NCBI GenBank assembly: GCA_964057225.1 | Contig: OZ059898.1 | Coordinates: 15,128,001-15,192,000 of the forward strand | From: Auanema rhodensis | Taxonomy: Eukaryota; Animalia; Nematoda | Length of the DNA stretch: 64,000 nucleotides | Reading direction: 5' to 3' | Shown: one piece after another, positions 44,067-56,821 of the stretch | Position numbering within the stretch: the stretch's first letter is position 1 | How the letters are laid out: each line of letters starts with the position of its first letter | Notes under the pieces: model-generated | Databases searched by the model: none | Seen by the model: only the letters and a program-made list of their open reading frames with translations | Told to the model about the DNA's origin: nothing | Program-made: the position numbers and the translations under genes

Positions 44067-47000
44067 ATCAGTCTATTCAGCTCCGCGTTGTATGTGCTTC
44101 CTCGATTGTAGCTAGGATGGACGGCTCAGTGATGCTAGTTTCAACAGAGACTAGACTACACTGTTGTTGATGGTGTAAAGACGGCGACGAGGATGACGAA
44201 ATGAACGAGAAGAGCGAAGAGCAGATTCAGATGCTTTGGTGCTCCCTTACAATACAGATGATGATGCTGATGATGAGGATGATGATGATGAGGATGATGA
44301 TGCTGCTGGTACTTCAAACAAACACAAACGAAAGGAATTGTGTGCAGAAGAGAAATAGAGTTTGAGGTAAAAATCTAGAGCGAAAGATATAATAATGTAC
44401 AGAGAATCTGATTTTCGATTAAAAAACGAACAAAAGTGGAAAGAAAGGAACGGGAAATTAAGACAGTAACAGTAGGTAAAAACAAATACAAGAGTACTAG
44501 ATAGAAATGAACATTTGAATAAAAACAAAATGAAAATATCCATAGATCATGAGCTGAAGTTTGAGTTTCAATTTCAAAAAACATGGAACGACAAGCTGTC
44601 ATTAGTAAGGTAGTCGCACTACTTTTTGAAGAGAATAAAGAAAGAATGAGTGAAAGACAATAGAACGAGGTTATCAACTGAATAAAACAAAAGAAAGAAT
44701 GTATCATCCCTCTAATAGATATATATAGAGTGAACTTTGTGATAAGAGAGCATGATATTTCTCTTGGGAAGTTCAAATTATTTATCAAAAAATGCTTTTT
44801 CTTTACATTTTCGGAGCAAAATGTGTCCATTTTTGGATAGACGAGTGGTAATGATGAGAAAAAATAACAGATAGTTCCTGATCATTTTACCATTAAATTC
44901 AATAAAAACATGATGCTACAACAGTTTCCGAATATGAAACTACAAAGTTAAAAATGAAAAATAAAGCCAATTTGATAACTTAGTGCAAAGAAATGTGATA
45001 GGAACTGAGAAGAGAAGGAGAGAGTAAGAATATGAGCACACGAGGCCTTGACTGAGTCCAGTGTCTCTGAATCTGACTGTCAGAAAACAACAAGACTGTC
45101 GCCTGAATAAATGGAAAAAGGGACAAGAACTAGAGCAGGATGAAAGACGGACAAAGAGGTTGAGAGGGAGGGAGGAGAGATCGAGTGTTGGGAATACCCC
45201 CTACGAAGATTTCTTTCACCTTCTCGCGCTCTAATGCTCTCAGCAGTCTTGAATCATCGTTCAGATAGATATTCATACTCTTTTCCCTTTCTCTCTAACT
45301 CTCTTCTGCTCATGTGAGATGCAGCACAAACTCATCATCACATATATATAACATATGAAAGCCATAGAGACCAAAAGTAAATAAGCTACCGGCTATTTTG
45401 CTTTTTTTTTCCATAAAAAACTGAATTTCCATATTTCGTTAGTGAATTGCTGGCAATTTATGTGTTTCTGCTTGTGCTTGCCTAGCAATTTTCAGTAATA
45501 ATCAAGTTTGAAAGGAAAAGAAATATATAAAACTGATATTTTGATATTTTAAACTGAGAAACAAAACATTCTCTTAAAGATATAATTAGCTAAAAATCAA
45601 AAAATCCCTATTACGACATCAATATAAACTAGTAATCATGACTCAAACTTCAAGAACTTCAATGCAAACGACCAGAAACATTGATTAGATGAAAAGTTAT
45701 TTTTAAACTTCATTATGAGAATATTCAAAGCAATACATGAATAGAAATAGATATGAAATCCGGATTAGTATAGCCTAGGTAAAATTAAAAAGAGAAAATA
45801 ATCTTTTTTTCATTTTTATTATCAATTTAAGCAGAAAATATTGTAAAAATTAATGAAAATATCTTAAGAAATGGCAATATAAGCTGAATGAGAAAACAGA
45901 AAAAGTTCGTATAAATCGTATTTTTCACTTAATCAACTCATTAAAATACAACATATATACATAGATATATTCATATATATATATCAAGAAAAATAATTTG
46001 TGTTTTAGTATAAGATTTCGAAGAAAAGACAGAGAGCTGTGCAAGTGGAAATTAGGAAGTTTATATGATAATCGTAAGAATCAGAGCATGAGAAAGAGGG
46101 CAACATAGCAAGAGAGATTGAGAGAATGAAAGAGAGTTGAATTGAAAAGCTTTTCCTTGTTATCACATTAACGTTTTTGAGATTAAAACGAAAACTACAT
46201 ATAAAACAGTAAATAGTCCATAAATAAAAAAGGACAAATGATAATTTGCTGTTCAAACTCAACTATTTTTAGGCATTTCGGCAGCAAATTTTATAGTTCT
46301 AAATCTTGAAAACATGCAAAAGTTCAGATAAATGAACGATCTGAATAATACGTTTTTTCATTTTGGAAATTAATGAAAGGGTGGACACACAGACGAAAGC
46401 AAGTGATTTTCCGGCTGAAAAATGACATTCAAAATGAAAATAAAAGCACAATTCAGTAGCATATTCCTGACACAATCTTTCATTTTTCTTTTATAATGCT
46501 GCCCCCAGCATTGCTAGACGGCTGTGGCTCAGCCAAAATACATCAAAATCGATACAAGGTACAACATGCACATATGCGACGCTTAGCATTCATTCATACA
46601 TACACACATACATACTTCTTATTCTTATTCTTCGTCGTTATTGTCCACTGTAAATACTTCATTCAGAAAAAGCTTGAAAAGCGGTTCTGAGATTGCTGTA
46701 CACGCATGCTTTGCACATTGATTAAGATACTGATGATAATTGAGGATTTTCGATAGCGGTTCGTGTGAGATAGAGTAAACAATTTATAATACACACATGT
46801 TAGTGGAATTCAGCAAAAAATACAATTAAAAGTTGATTTTTCTCTTTCTCTTTCTCATCTTTTCTCTTTTCTTGTCAGGACCCAACATCCGTTAGAATTG
46901 ATACTTATGATTATTATAGCTACACTAACAATCTTTGCAGAAACAAGGAAAATCGTATATTGAAGAAGATGAATAATGGAAATTCACTGCAGATACCATA

Positions 47001-47542
47001 GAATTGTTTTAAAAACAGATGAAAAACAGTGTTTTTTACAATTGAGATTTGAAAAGATGTTGTTAAGTTAAGTTCTGCCAAATAAGTTATTTAAAAGGAA
47101 TGTTACTTAGAGTTCACTTCACCTCTTCATTCATTAAGCAAGAGAACATGATATAGCAAAATCTGCATACGACTTGAAGTAATACTAAAAGTTTGATTTC
47201 GTTTAGCTGAATAGGCTTGAAACATGAATCTGTTTCGTAGTTTTCACACGCCTCAGGCGTTTTAAAACTGTCAGCAACGTATTAGTAAACGTCCGACCAT
47301 CCAGAGTTCATTGAAAAAAAAGTTTATAATCTATCGATTTTCATACACACGTTGTATACAAAGTATTAGAATCATTTGTCGTTCAAATATCAGTAACCTT
47401 ATTGAAATTTGTGAAGAGAGGCAGCTAACGAGAAATAGAAGAGGATATACCAAACTTTGAACATATTAACACCTTCTAACATTTCGAAAACATCACAATA
47501 TTATGGGAATGTGATCACGGATTTGAAAAAGATAAAACTAAC

Positions 47543-47568
47543 CTCAATCGCTCAGCGATCAGAGCCAT
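47543..47568 (-). CDS. Alternative first coding exon of the small ORF (MALIAERLR|SLPSYD...)
   Basis: ATG GCT CTG ATC GCT GAG CGA TTG AG|GTTAGT. The donor is phase 2, matching the 43240 exon. Confidence 0.45.
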
Positions 47569-50500
47569 GTTGCAAGTGAATTCGTTATAGAAAATAAATT
47601 ATTGAAGAATATTATAATTGACAAATAAATAAGCCATTGAATAGAAAGATCTTAGCAGGTAGTGACAGCCTGAAAAGGGAATTTCTAAGAATTAAGAAAA
47701 CATAAAATGAAAAAGAAATGGATTGAGAAACAAGTTAACGTAGAGGTTGCAATTTGTGCACTGACTATGTTTGTACCAAAAAATTCAAATGTGAACCTCT
47801 AAACGAGGAAGAAGAGGGAAACGAAGAAATGACAGATAGAAAAGATGAAGGAAGACACGACGACGAGGGAGAAAGGAGAAAATAAAAAGGAAGACGAAGA
47901 AGAAGAAGAACGACTGCATGGAATAGATTTTACCGAATTGATAATGAGACGGCAGCAGTAAAGTAGGAGACTGAGTAAGAATTATGGAACACATTACCCG
48001 GAAAATGATCAAAAAGCGAAGAAGCAAAGTCAGCTAGACCGCAAATCACATACACACACAGGAGAGGAGTAAAATTGAAAAATAGAATATGTGAAGAATG
48101 ATATTAGAGCGTCAAGTGAACAACAGCTTTCTTACTATCAATATCTGGAAGAAATGATGCGAAGAAAATATCACAGAAAGCTTTTGCAAAGGCGAGATTT
48201 CGTGAGAAAAGGCGACTCGAATGCAGATAAGAGTGATGCAAGAGAAGGAGAAGAGTCATACTTTCATCTTAAATTGTATATACCCGCATGATTAGAGAGA
48301 TTTCGGTTGCACTATGAAATCTCTTTTCCCCTCTCTCTCTCTTTCTCTCTCTCTTTCAATGGCAACTTTTGTAAAACACGTATGTGAACATGCATGAAAT
48401 AGAAAAAAAAGGGCAAAAACTACTCATGCTCGAAGCAAAAGGAAATATTCTAAGACACAAGCATACTCTGAAAAAAAAAGGAGCGTTCTAGTCGTATAGC
48501 GGAAAGTGTAGCAAAATTGCACCTTGAAATGTAAAAAAACAACAAAGAACGAATGTTAATTCCCTAGGATTAATCTTGATGTTCATAAAGCAAAAAGAAC
48601 TTTAATGAAACTTGGAATCACTCAATATAAGATGAGCGCTTAGTAAGATACACACTTCTGACGTAAAAGAGAGCAAAAAGAAGAAGAAAATAAAGCAACA
48701 AAAGAAGAAAGAAGAAAAATGATATGATTGTTGATTTTACAACAATTTGAAGTTGAGATAATTTTAATTATCGAATGATATCTATAAAATCATAGTTGCT
48801 AGGTGATTACATATAAGACAGTATATATATATAAATTAAGTACAAACATGGAAAAACGATAAGTATGATTCTGAGAATAAAAATATTTCAAAAAAGAAGT
48901 GTGAATGGGAATGCGATGGAGGGATTTAGCAAAATAAACTGAGATGAAACACACATTGCACTCCAGGTGTTCATTTCAACTGATTGCCAAATAGGTCAAA
49001 ATATTGACGTTGTTGCATCATCGGATAAAGAATAGAGTAATGAAAAGGCATGAGACAAAGTTATGGTTAGAATTATTATTATTATATGAGTAGAAAAGAC
49101 TGAATTAATCCTTTTAGTGAAGGCGCCAAATTTATATGTTTAAGCTATTGTATAAGCTATTGTTCTGAAGAAAATGAGTCTCCAATTGAAAAAAATGTGG
49201 CGAAATATGAAGCTGGTGAATTTATTGGAATAAGAAAAGAAAGTTTGCGAGTAGAGAAGGAAAGCAATAGAGCATGATTGACAATAATCCGTGAAAAATA
49301 GAGAATAGATCTTCTCTTAAGTCCAAAAAATCCCGATGGAAAAAAGAAGAATTGCTTCAAATTTTTTCCCTTTCATGCGAGTTAGAGAAAAAAATAGCAG
49401 TAGGCAGATGAAGACCTCAAATTGAGGTCATGCATAAAATATAGATAAAATGATTGGCGAATCAAGCAGAAGCTTATAAATAAAAGAAAAGGAAAGTTGG
49501 AAGAACACTGCATTTCGAGCAGAAGGGTAGGAAAGAGCACGTGGATAATCCTCACGCAAGTAAAAGAACTTTGTGCGACCTTCTTTAGCAAGCAGTGTGA
49601 ACTATGCCAAACGACATTAAGCTATGGACTAGGACGTGAAAATTGCCAATATAACGGCGAAGGAGAAGGACAGACATAGGCGTCCGTAGTGTCTGCCAGC
49701 GTGAAGAATGCTGCCGAAATGACTGAGGACGCTGCAATGGGCATCCAGTAATGTCCTGTGGCTAGTTGCATCTTCTGCAAATGTATGCGATAGTTGCTTC
49801 ATCCTAGGCCTGCTGATACAGAACGAAATTAAGAAACGGACATATACATACTCAGACAAGCACACCCACTCACATATATAGGCAGTAATCCGGGGAAAAA
49901 ACTAATGAATATATAAAAGATAAAAGAAATAGAGAAATAAATGATGAACCGACAGGCTAGTAAAGATAATTTGGAACAGGATGGAGGATAACAAGATGTA
50001 GTCGATTATGGTAATTGTTGACCAGTTGACATGGTGTCAAGCAATTATATTGAAGACCAGCTGTGAGGTTATGGATTAGTTAGGAGGAATCCAGCCTCGA
50101 CCATACATATACTTAATATAAACTATATAACTATATATAACTATATATATATTAAGCACATATGTAGGTGCAGATTTAAACTTGCTAGCTTGCTAGAGGG
50201 CATACTTCATCATGGCATTGAGGCCCATGAATTGAGCAGTATTTCATTCATTTTGAAGGTCTGACTTGATATTTAGCAAAAATCGAAAAAGTAGGAAGTT
50301 TTGATCAGCTATTATAAGCAAATTGGCCAGCAGTCGAGAGAAAACGTAGTCATAGTTCAATCAGGTAAATGAAAGCACGATGATTCATGAATAAACTCAG
50401 AATGATTACTGAATGGTTGCACAAAAAAAAGTTACTTTCAATTACGAGAAAACCAATTACTATAAATTGCTGAACCTGGTTGAGGTCTAGAAACATATAG

Positions 50501-51047
50501 TCAAAACAATACATTCATGCATTAATCTCTATTTTTATACCAAATAAGAAAAGAAACATATAACCCCCAAATGGTCATCGGGGAATAGATAGACTGAGCG
50601 AGTCGGACCAAGTAGACGCCAAATCCAGGCTTCTTTGTGCAGAAGGAATTTATCGACATCAGCTAGCTTTTGAGATAGGAAAAAGAAAGAGAGAGAGTTA
50701 GAGATGCGAAGAGAAAAGAGGGGAGGGTCCGGAAAAATAAGCATAGCACGAGACGCATTAACTTTACGACGACAGACTTTTGCCATTAGGAAGAGCTGAG
50801 AAGGGCCAGCTCTTCGTGACTAATCCGTATGCTACTGGGGCTAACCTGGTTGCGATGATGACGAGTGCGATACTCATGGCGATGAACTATCTGATGATTC
50901 AGATCAGCACTGCTGCATGTGGCGTCTGCTTCGGGCTTTCATTCGTCTTATCTGTTTTTTTGTCTTGGTCGTCTTTTGTCGGACCTCCAGCTTTGAAACG
51001 TTTGTCTTGCGTTCCCCATTTTTGTTCTAAATATTCGAAAATAATAA

Positions 51048-51173
51048 CGCGAAATTTGAATAATATGAAAAAATATTTTAAATTACTTTAATTTGAGGCT
51101 CAAAACAGATTATATTAGCAAGAACCAACCGCTCTGTACATTTTTCCCGCTGAAATAATAATCGATGACGTCA
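51048..51173. promoter_or_regulatory. Promoter motif cluster between divergent units: CDE/CHR-like CGCGAAATTTGAA, E2F TTTCCCGC, CRE TGACGTCA
   Basis: Motifs at 51048-51060, 51143-51150 and 51166-51173. Confidence 0.45.
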
Positions 51174-51462
51174 TTCGTATTTATTTAAAGTTCTGCCTAC
51201 CCTCGTCGAACTTACGTTTCAAGACCACACAACGAATGAAAATCAGCTTCTTTTCGGATGTTTCTTTAATAATTTTTATTCTTTCAATTTTGTTTTATTT
51301 ATATTATTTGTATTTCGTATTTTATTGTAATCTAGCTCGCGTTACACATAAAAAACAGATTAAGAGCGGCACGAGCCGGCGAGCTAATGGATTTGTTCCA
51401 TTTTTTCAAATCATTTCACTTATCTTTCTCATTATTACGTTATTCTTGTTGAATTGTCTATT

Positions 51463-51580
51463 AGACCGATTGCCTCTTATGGCGTTCCCATGGATGTATG
51501 TATGTCACACAATGTCATTTCACGCCGCAACGCTCAGCTGTTCCTAAGGTCGCATGTTGCCTCTGCGTCCATGTTGGTCT
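51463..51580 (+). ncRNA. Candidate structured RNA upstream of the AGFG1-like gene
   Basis: AGACCGA/TTGGTCT and CATGGATGTA/TGCGTCCATG stems with G-U wobbles favouring the + strand, followed by T-rich runs. Confidence 0.35.
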
Positions 51581-51676
51581 TCTTCTTTTCTTTTCGTCTA
51601 CCATATTTATTTTTCGTTATCAGTTCACGAGTTTATTATAACAGAAAACAACTAATTATACTGATGTTTAGATTTT

Positions 51677-53946
51677 ATGCAGTCAGCAATCGCTCAGAAA
51701 AAGCGGCTGGAAGAAAAGAATTCTAAAATACTAAGGTTTAAATTGTATTCCTTTCCGGTTTTAATTATGTTTTGATTTCAGGGAGCTTGCCGCTCTCCCT
51801 TCAAATAGGAACTGTTTCGAATGTGGTCAACGAGGTCCAACGTATGTTAATATTACTGAAGGATCATTCTGCTGTACATCATGCTCCGGCATTTTGTAAG
51901 ACATTTATCCATTTTGTTTTCATTATTCTTGTTTTAGGCGTGGTTTGAATCCTCCACATCGTGTAAAATCTATTTCTATGGCTACATTCACAAATGAAGA
52001 GGTAATTTTAAGCTCTCAAACAAACTTTATTGCAACATTTTAAATTAGATTGAAAAGTTACGAACTCTTGGAAATGCTGAAAATACTAGGACTTGGTTAG
52101 GCTTGTATGAAGGCCCACCGCCAGCAATGACGAATCGAGAACTTATTCAATTGTATATAACCAAGGTTCTTATCATTACTGTACAGTACTTTCTCAAACA
52201 AATTGTTCAGAAATATGAACAAAAAGCTTGGTATGTCTCTTCTGCGGAACTAGCTGAACAAGAAAAATTGATGTCGAAAGCGAAAGAAATCGCTAGCCAA
52301 GGAGCATCAAGTACGAGCAGCAGAGGTTCAAGGGTTCGTTGCTTATTGTTCGGACAATTATTTATCTTCTTTTTTTTTCGTTTTAGCCTCCAGAGTTGGA
52401 CTTATTGGCTTCAGACCCATTTGGTTCAAGCAGTTCTTCTATTCCAATACCTGCTAATACGAACACCATACCTATAGATCCTTATAATACGTCTAGATTA
52501 CCACCTCAGGTAGCTCTGAAATGCCATTTCAAACTTTTATCTTTTACCTGACTTCAGCCCTTTTCTCCCCCAAGTTGCATGGCTCCACCACCGCCGTTAA
52601 CTCCCCAATATCAGCAGCAACGAAAGCCTCAACAAACAGTTCAGCAGCCTTCTTTAGATTTTGGTCCACCAGCTCATTCTCTACCTCCAAAAACGGTTTT
52701 TTAAGCAATTGAACTGTAAATTTACAATATTTGTTCAGCCGTTCGATGTACTCGGAAGTATTAGTTGTGCAAAAACGGATTTAGTAAATACTAACAACTT
52801 CGGATCAAAGGATATTTTTGCGGACTTTGATAATAAGTTCAACGATTTATCTATCAAAAACTCTAGTACAATTGATGCTTTCGGAACCGCCGTTTCACAA
52901 CCATGTATTATTCTTACCGTTATCTTTTTAATCAACATACTACTTTACAGCTGTTATAACAAAATCTGCCACGGTGACAGGGCTTAATGCTGACCTCTCC
53001 CAGCCTTTTCCATCGAGCAATCCTTTCCAAGTTGTTAGTTCGATTTTGAGTTTATTGATACTTTGTCATTATTTCAGCAAAACAACCCAGTAATACCTCC
53101 TCAAGTACCTATCCCTGATGTTAAACCAGCTCAACCAGATCCGCCTAAATCCACTTCTGCTGCTGATAAGTATAGCGCTCTCGCTGAATTAGACCAGGCT
53201 AGTTTTTACCTATTATTTCACATAATATTTTTTATTAAACCTGGTATCCCTTGCTTATAGTTATTTTAACATTAACCAAATTTTATATTCTAGAATGAAA
53301 TAAATGTTTACTTTTTCAGCTTTTTCATCATCCTACCAGTCAAGGAGATGGAAAACCTGCTTGGATGCCTAGTGGTTAATTTTTTTATTTTGTTTAAAAA
53401 AATTTTAAAAATTATTTTTTAGGTTTCTCAACTGGTCTTCCACCCGCAACGTATGCTCCCGCATTTCCTGATCCCAAGCCTCTTCCTGTAACGAAACCTG
53501 CTTTCCCCGAATCGAAACCAGCATTTCCTGAAAGCAAACCAATGGTTCATACTACTAATTCGAATGGAATTGGTTCTATTCCTAAAAGTAACACCATGGG
53601 AACTCTCACCGATTTCGGGATGAATAATCCATTTTTTGCTTCTCCCCCACACGCCAATTCTCAAGGTGTGTTTTTTTCATTACTATTTCTCTATTTTATT
53701 TATTTACCTGTTCCAGTGTCTCTTAATTCTAACCCCTTTGCTACTTCTGCAGACTTTGGTGTTGTACCTCAACAACAAATTTCACAAGGTGGATTCAATC
53801 AACCAGGGCAGCCGTGGGGAAATCCTTTTAACGGAGTTCAGGTTCTTTTTTTAGCTTTATCAGTTACTTATCCGAACTGTATTCAGGCCTCAGCTGCTGT
53901 TCCAACTACACAAAATTCTAACACGAATTGGAATCCATTTTTGTGA
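51677..53946 (+). CDS. ArfGAP with FG/NPF repeats (AGFG1/Hrb/drongo-like)
   Basis: CFECGQRGPTYVNITEGSFCCTSCSGILRGLNPPHRVKSISMATF, ADKYSALAELD, several NPF motifs, terminal NWNPFL. Confidence 0.92.
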
Positions 53947-54271
53947 ATTTTTATGTTATTTTTTGTTTCTCCTTGCTAGTTGCTTTGCTCAAAAAACGAG
54001 TTTTTCCACAATCTCCCCATTCTTGGAGCTTCCGAGTCTCAGAATATACATTTTTTCTGGCTTCATTGTTTCTACCACTTTTCCTCTATATCCGGTCACT
54101 TTGCGAATTTCTTTCTCGAGTTTTCAAAGAAAGCTCAATTTCTTATTTCATGAGTAATAATTGATTCTAGTCTTGTGTAATGATTAATAAAATTTATGAA
54201 GATGAAACAGGACAAATTATACAGATAAACCCGGCTGTTAAATTATAATACAAGATTTTCGTTAATGTGAA

Positions 54272-54923
54272 TTACTTTTTCACAGCCAATATGGTGGCTA
54301 AGATTCCTCCAACAACTAAGGCAGCTCCACCGCCCAGTATAGCTGCACCAAGAAGCCCATCTACAACAAAACGAATTTAAAAAATATAATAAGAACAAAA
54401 AACTACCTTTCTTCATTTTCTTTTCGATTATCTCCTTTAATTCGCGAACTTGTCTGTTATCTCTCTCTGTGTTAAGCAATATATCAATGTAAGCAAGAGC
54501 ACGATCATAATCCTTTAACAAGAAAAGTATAAAACTTATTCAGTTGTAACTCAAACTTACTTTTAGACGTGCATAACCTAATGCAAGATAATAGACGTAA
54601 TCTCTGCGACTTTTCTCGTATGACTCATCACGCACAAGTTCTAAAATAAGATATTGATTAAAGAATTCTTAAAATGTAAATAAACTACTTTCTAAGATAT
54701 CCACGCCTTCTCGTACATCGTTTTTAGTAGAACGGATTAAAGCTGAAGCATAGCCAAAGACAGCATCTGTGGAAGGTGCACCTCGGCTACTTTGCTTTAT
54801 GTACATGTCACGGAATCTCTGCAGTTAAACAAAATAATTAAATCATAGTCACGTAAAATATACCTCCAAATCATACGGATCAATTCTTTCATCAAGTATA
54901 GATTCCACGTCCAAGAGTGACAT
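54272..54923 (-). CDS. fis-2: Mitochondrial fission protein FIS1 homolog
   Basis: AVFGYASALIRS, RRDYVYYLALGYARLKDYDRALAYIDILL..E..NRQ, C-terminal TM GLLGAAILGGGAALVVGGILATILAVKK*. The fis-1 vs fis-2 assignment is less sure than the family. Confidence 0.88.
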
Positions 54924-55526
54924 CTCCACAAGTATATGTTACGAATAATGACAAAGCTTCAACTGTTATGAAATTCGATTGCTGTAAATCAATGGAAGTA
55001 CGTAGTTGCGGAATATAATACATACAGTAATTAAGAGATGTTTCCAACAAAGCTTTTCAAGTTAAAATGTTTTAGTTAAGGAAGCAAACATTAATTAATA
55101 ATTAAGTTGCAATACAATTATTATGAATAAAAAATCAGAAGGAACTAGGTAATTTCTTTCATATAGATAATAATTAAATGATAAGATTGATGATAGAACA
55201 TATTTTTATAAGAAATTTAATAATATCAAAGCCAAAATTCTAAAGCATGATTATTTGAAAATTAAGCATTATGAAATTATAATGTTTATTGGCTTCATAT
55301 GACCAACACGTGACGCGCTCCAATGCTAATAAAACTTACAATACCTCAATAATTTTTAGACCTTTAACGTATCGTTTAATTGTGATCTGAAGCTATATAA
55401 AATAGATGAGGAAATTGGTGAACTGAGTTGTACAACAAATTTTTACATTAGGTTAGTTTTATTCAACTTATTTTTCAATCATTAAATTTATATTTATAAC
55501 TTATTTTAGGTTTCCTCTAAACAAAC

Positions 55527-56821
55527 ATGAGAGATTATTTCACAGCTTGGCCTGAAATGCATATTTCAATTAGAGAAGTTACGGATGATAATGTTGATGA
55601 AGGTTTATCATCATCATTAGACACAGACAACCCTGAATTAGTGCAATCGTCGTCAGGATCTTCTTCTGGCAGCAGGTTTTTTTGAAATTTAATTTTTTGG
55701 TCATAATTTTATGTTCAGTACTCCTATAATAACATTTCCTTCGGATGAAAATCCATTGGTGGAATTTGGTAGAGAAGATCATCACTTTTCAGCTATGTTT
55801 CATACTGGTGATCAGGTTTTGTTTTGCATAATTCGTTCCTCTTTATTCGATTTATTCAAGGTGGAATCAGTTTGTAGTTTTTGGCCTTCTCCGTCATTTC
55901 AATTTGAATATCCAAGTAAATTTATAAATGTATAACTTCTCTATGTAAATGATTTTTTCAGCAGCACTTACATTGTCCAATCATATATCGGGAATCAAAG
56001 AGTACCGAAAAAGCTTTAGAGAGACTGTATGTTTCTGTTTTCCGTTGAGAAACTTTACAATAATTTTAGGCTCGCTCTCATCATTCATTAAATCGACCTC
56101 TGGGAGGTTTTCGTTTACGTGGTATTGTTAAATGTCCAATGGTTCCAAAATTTGCTCAAAGACATAAAATAGCCTGTTCTTTATATAATGAAGTCAGCTA
56201 CATTACATCGACAATACATTTCATTTTACATACATATTTCAGGCACGTGTATTGCCTACCTCAATTTCTTTAGGAAATTCTATGCTATCTCATCAACGTT
56301 CTCCAAGATGGATATCTACTACCAGAAAACCCTTTGCACGAAGCCGCATGCGTAGAAGGCACCAAGGTTTTACATATAGTGAGATTTTAAAAGTTTATTG
56401 CCAAATATTTTGAACTTAAATTCAGATATCGAATTATCTTCAATTCATGAAGATAAGGAAACTGAACAACAAGCAACATTAAATCTTAATGATCTCAATA
56501 ATTTAGGAAATAGCTTTTCACGAATGCTCAGAACTATGAGGCATGCTAAATGTATCTTGTATAATCTAAATGTTCTTGTTTCAGTACTGCTAAAGAACCG
56601 TTAGCTATAGAAGAGGTTAGCAAAAATAATAATTATTGTTCAGCAAATGAGGAAGGTGCGTCAATATCCTGAATCTTATCGAACAATCAAACTTATTTTC
56701 AGACGAATTATGTCAAAGACTGCTAGAATTACCAGTGGGTGAAAACGATTCTGACATTATACGATCTCTGCGACAAAGTTTGCAATCTTTCCATGTTTCA
56801 AATAATGCTCAAGAAGAGTAG
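55527..56821 (+). CDS. Hypothetical multi-exon protein, no recognised domain
   Basis: Chain of short exons with phase-compatible sites from MRDYFTAWPEMHISIREV to DIIRSLRQSLQSFHVSNNAQEE*. Splicing near 56540-56660 is ambiguous. Confidence 0.6.

Noticed and set aside
44247-44830. Long hydrophobic minus-strand ORFs (98 and 151 aa)
   Set aside because: F/L/S-rich translations of T-rich DNA and a (TCA)n tract, more likely leader or promoter sequence.
51540-51552. CCTAAG as a telomerase RNA template for TTAGGC repeats
   Set aside because: Too short. A template needs more than one full repeat (e.g. CUAAGCCUAA).
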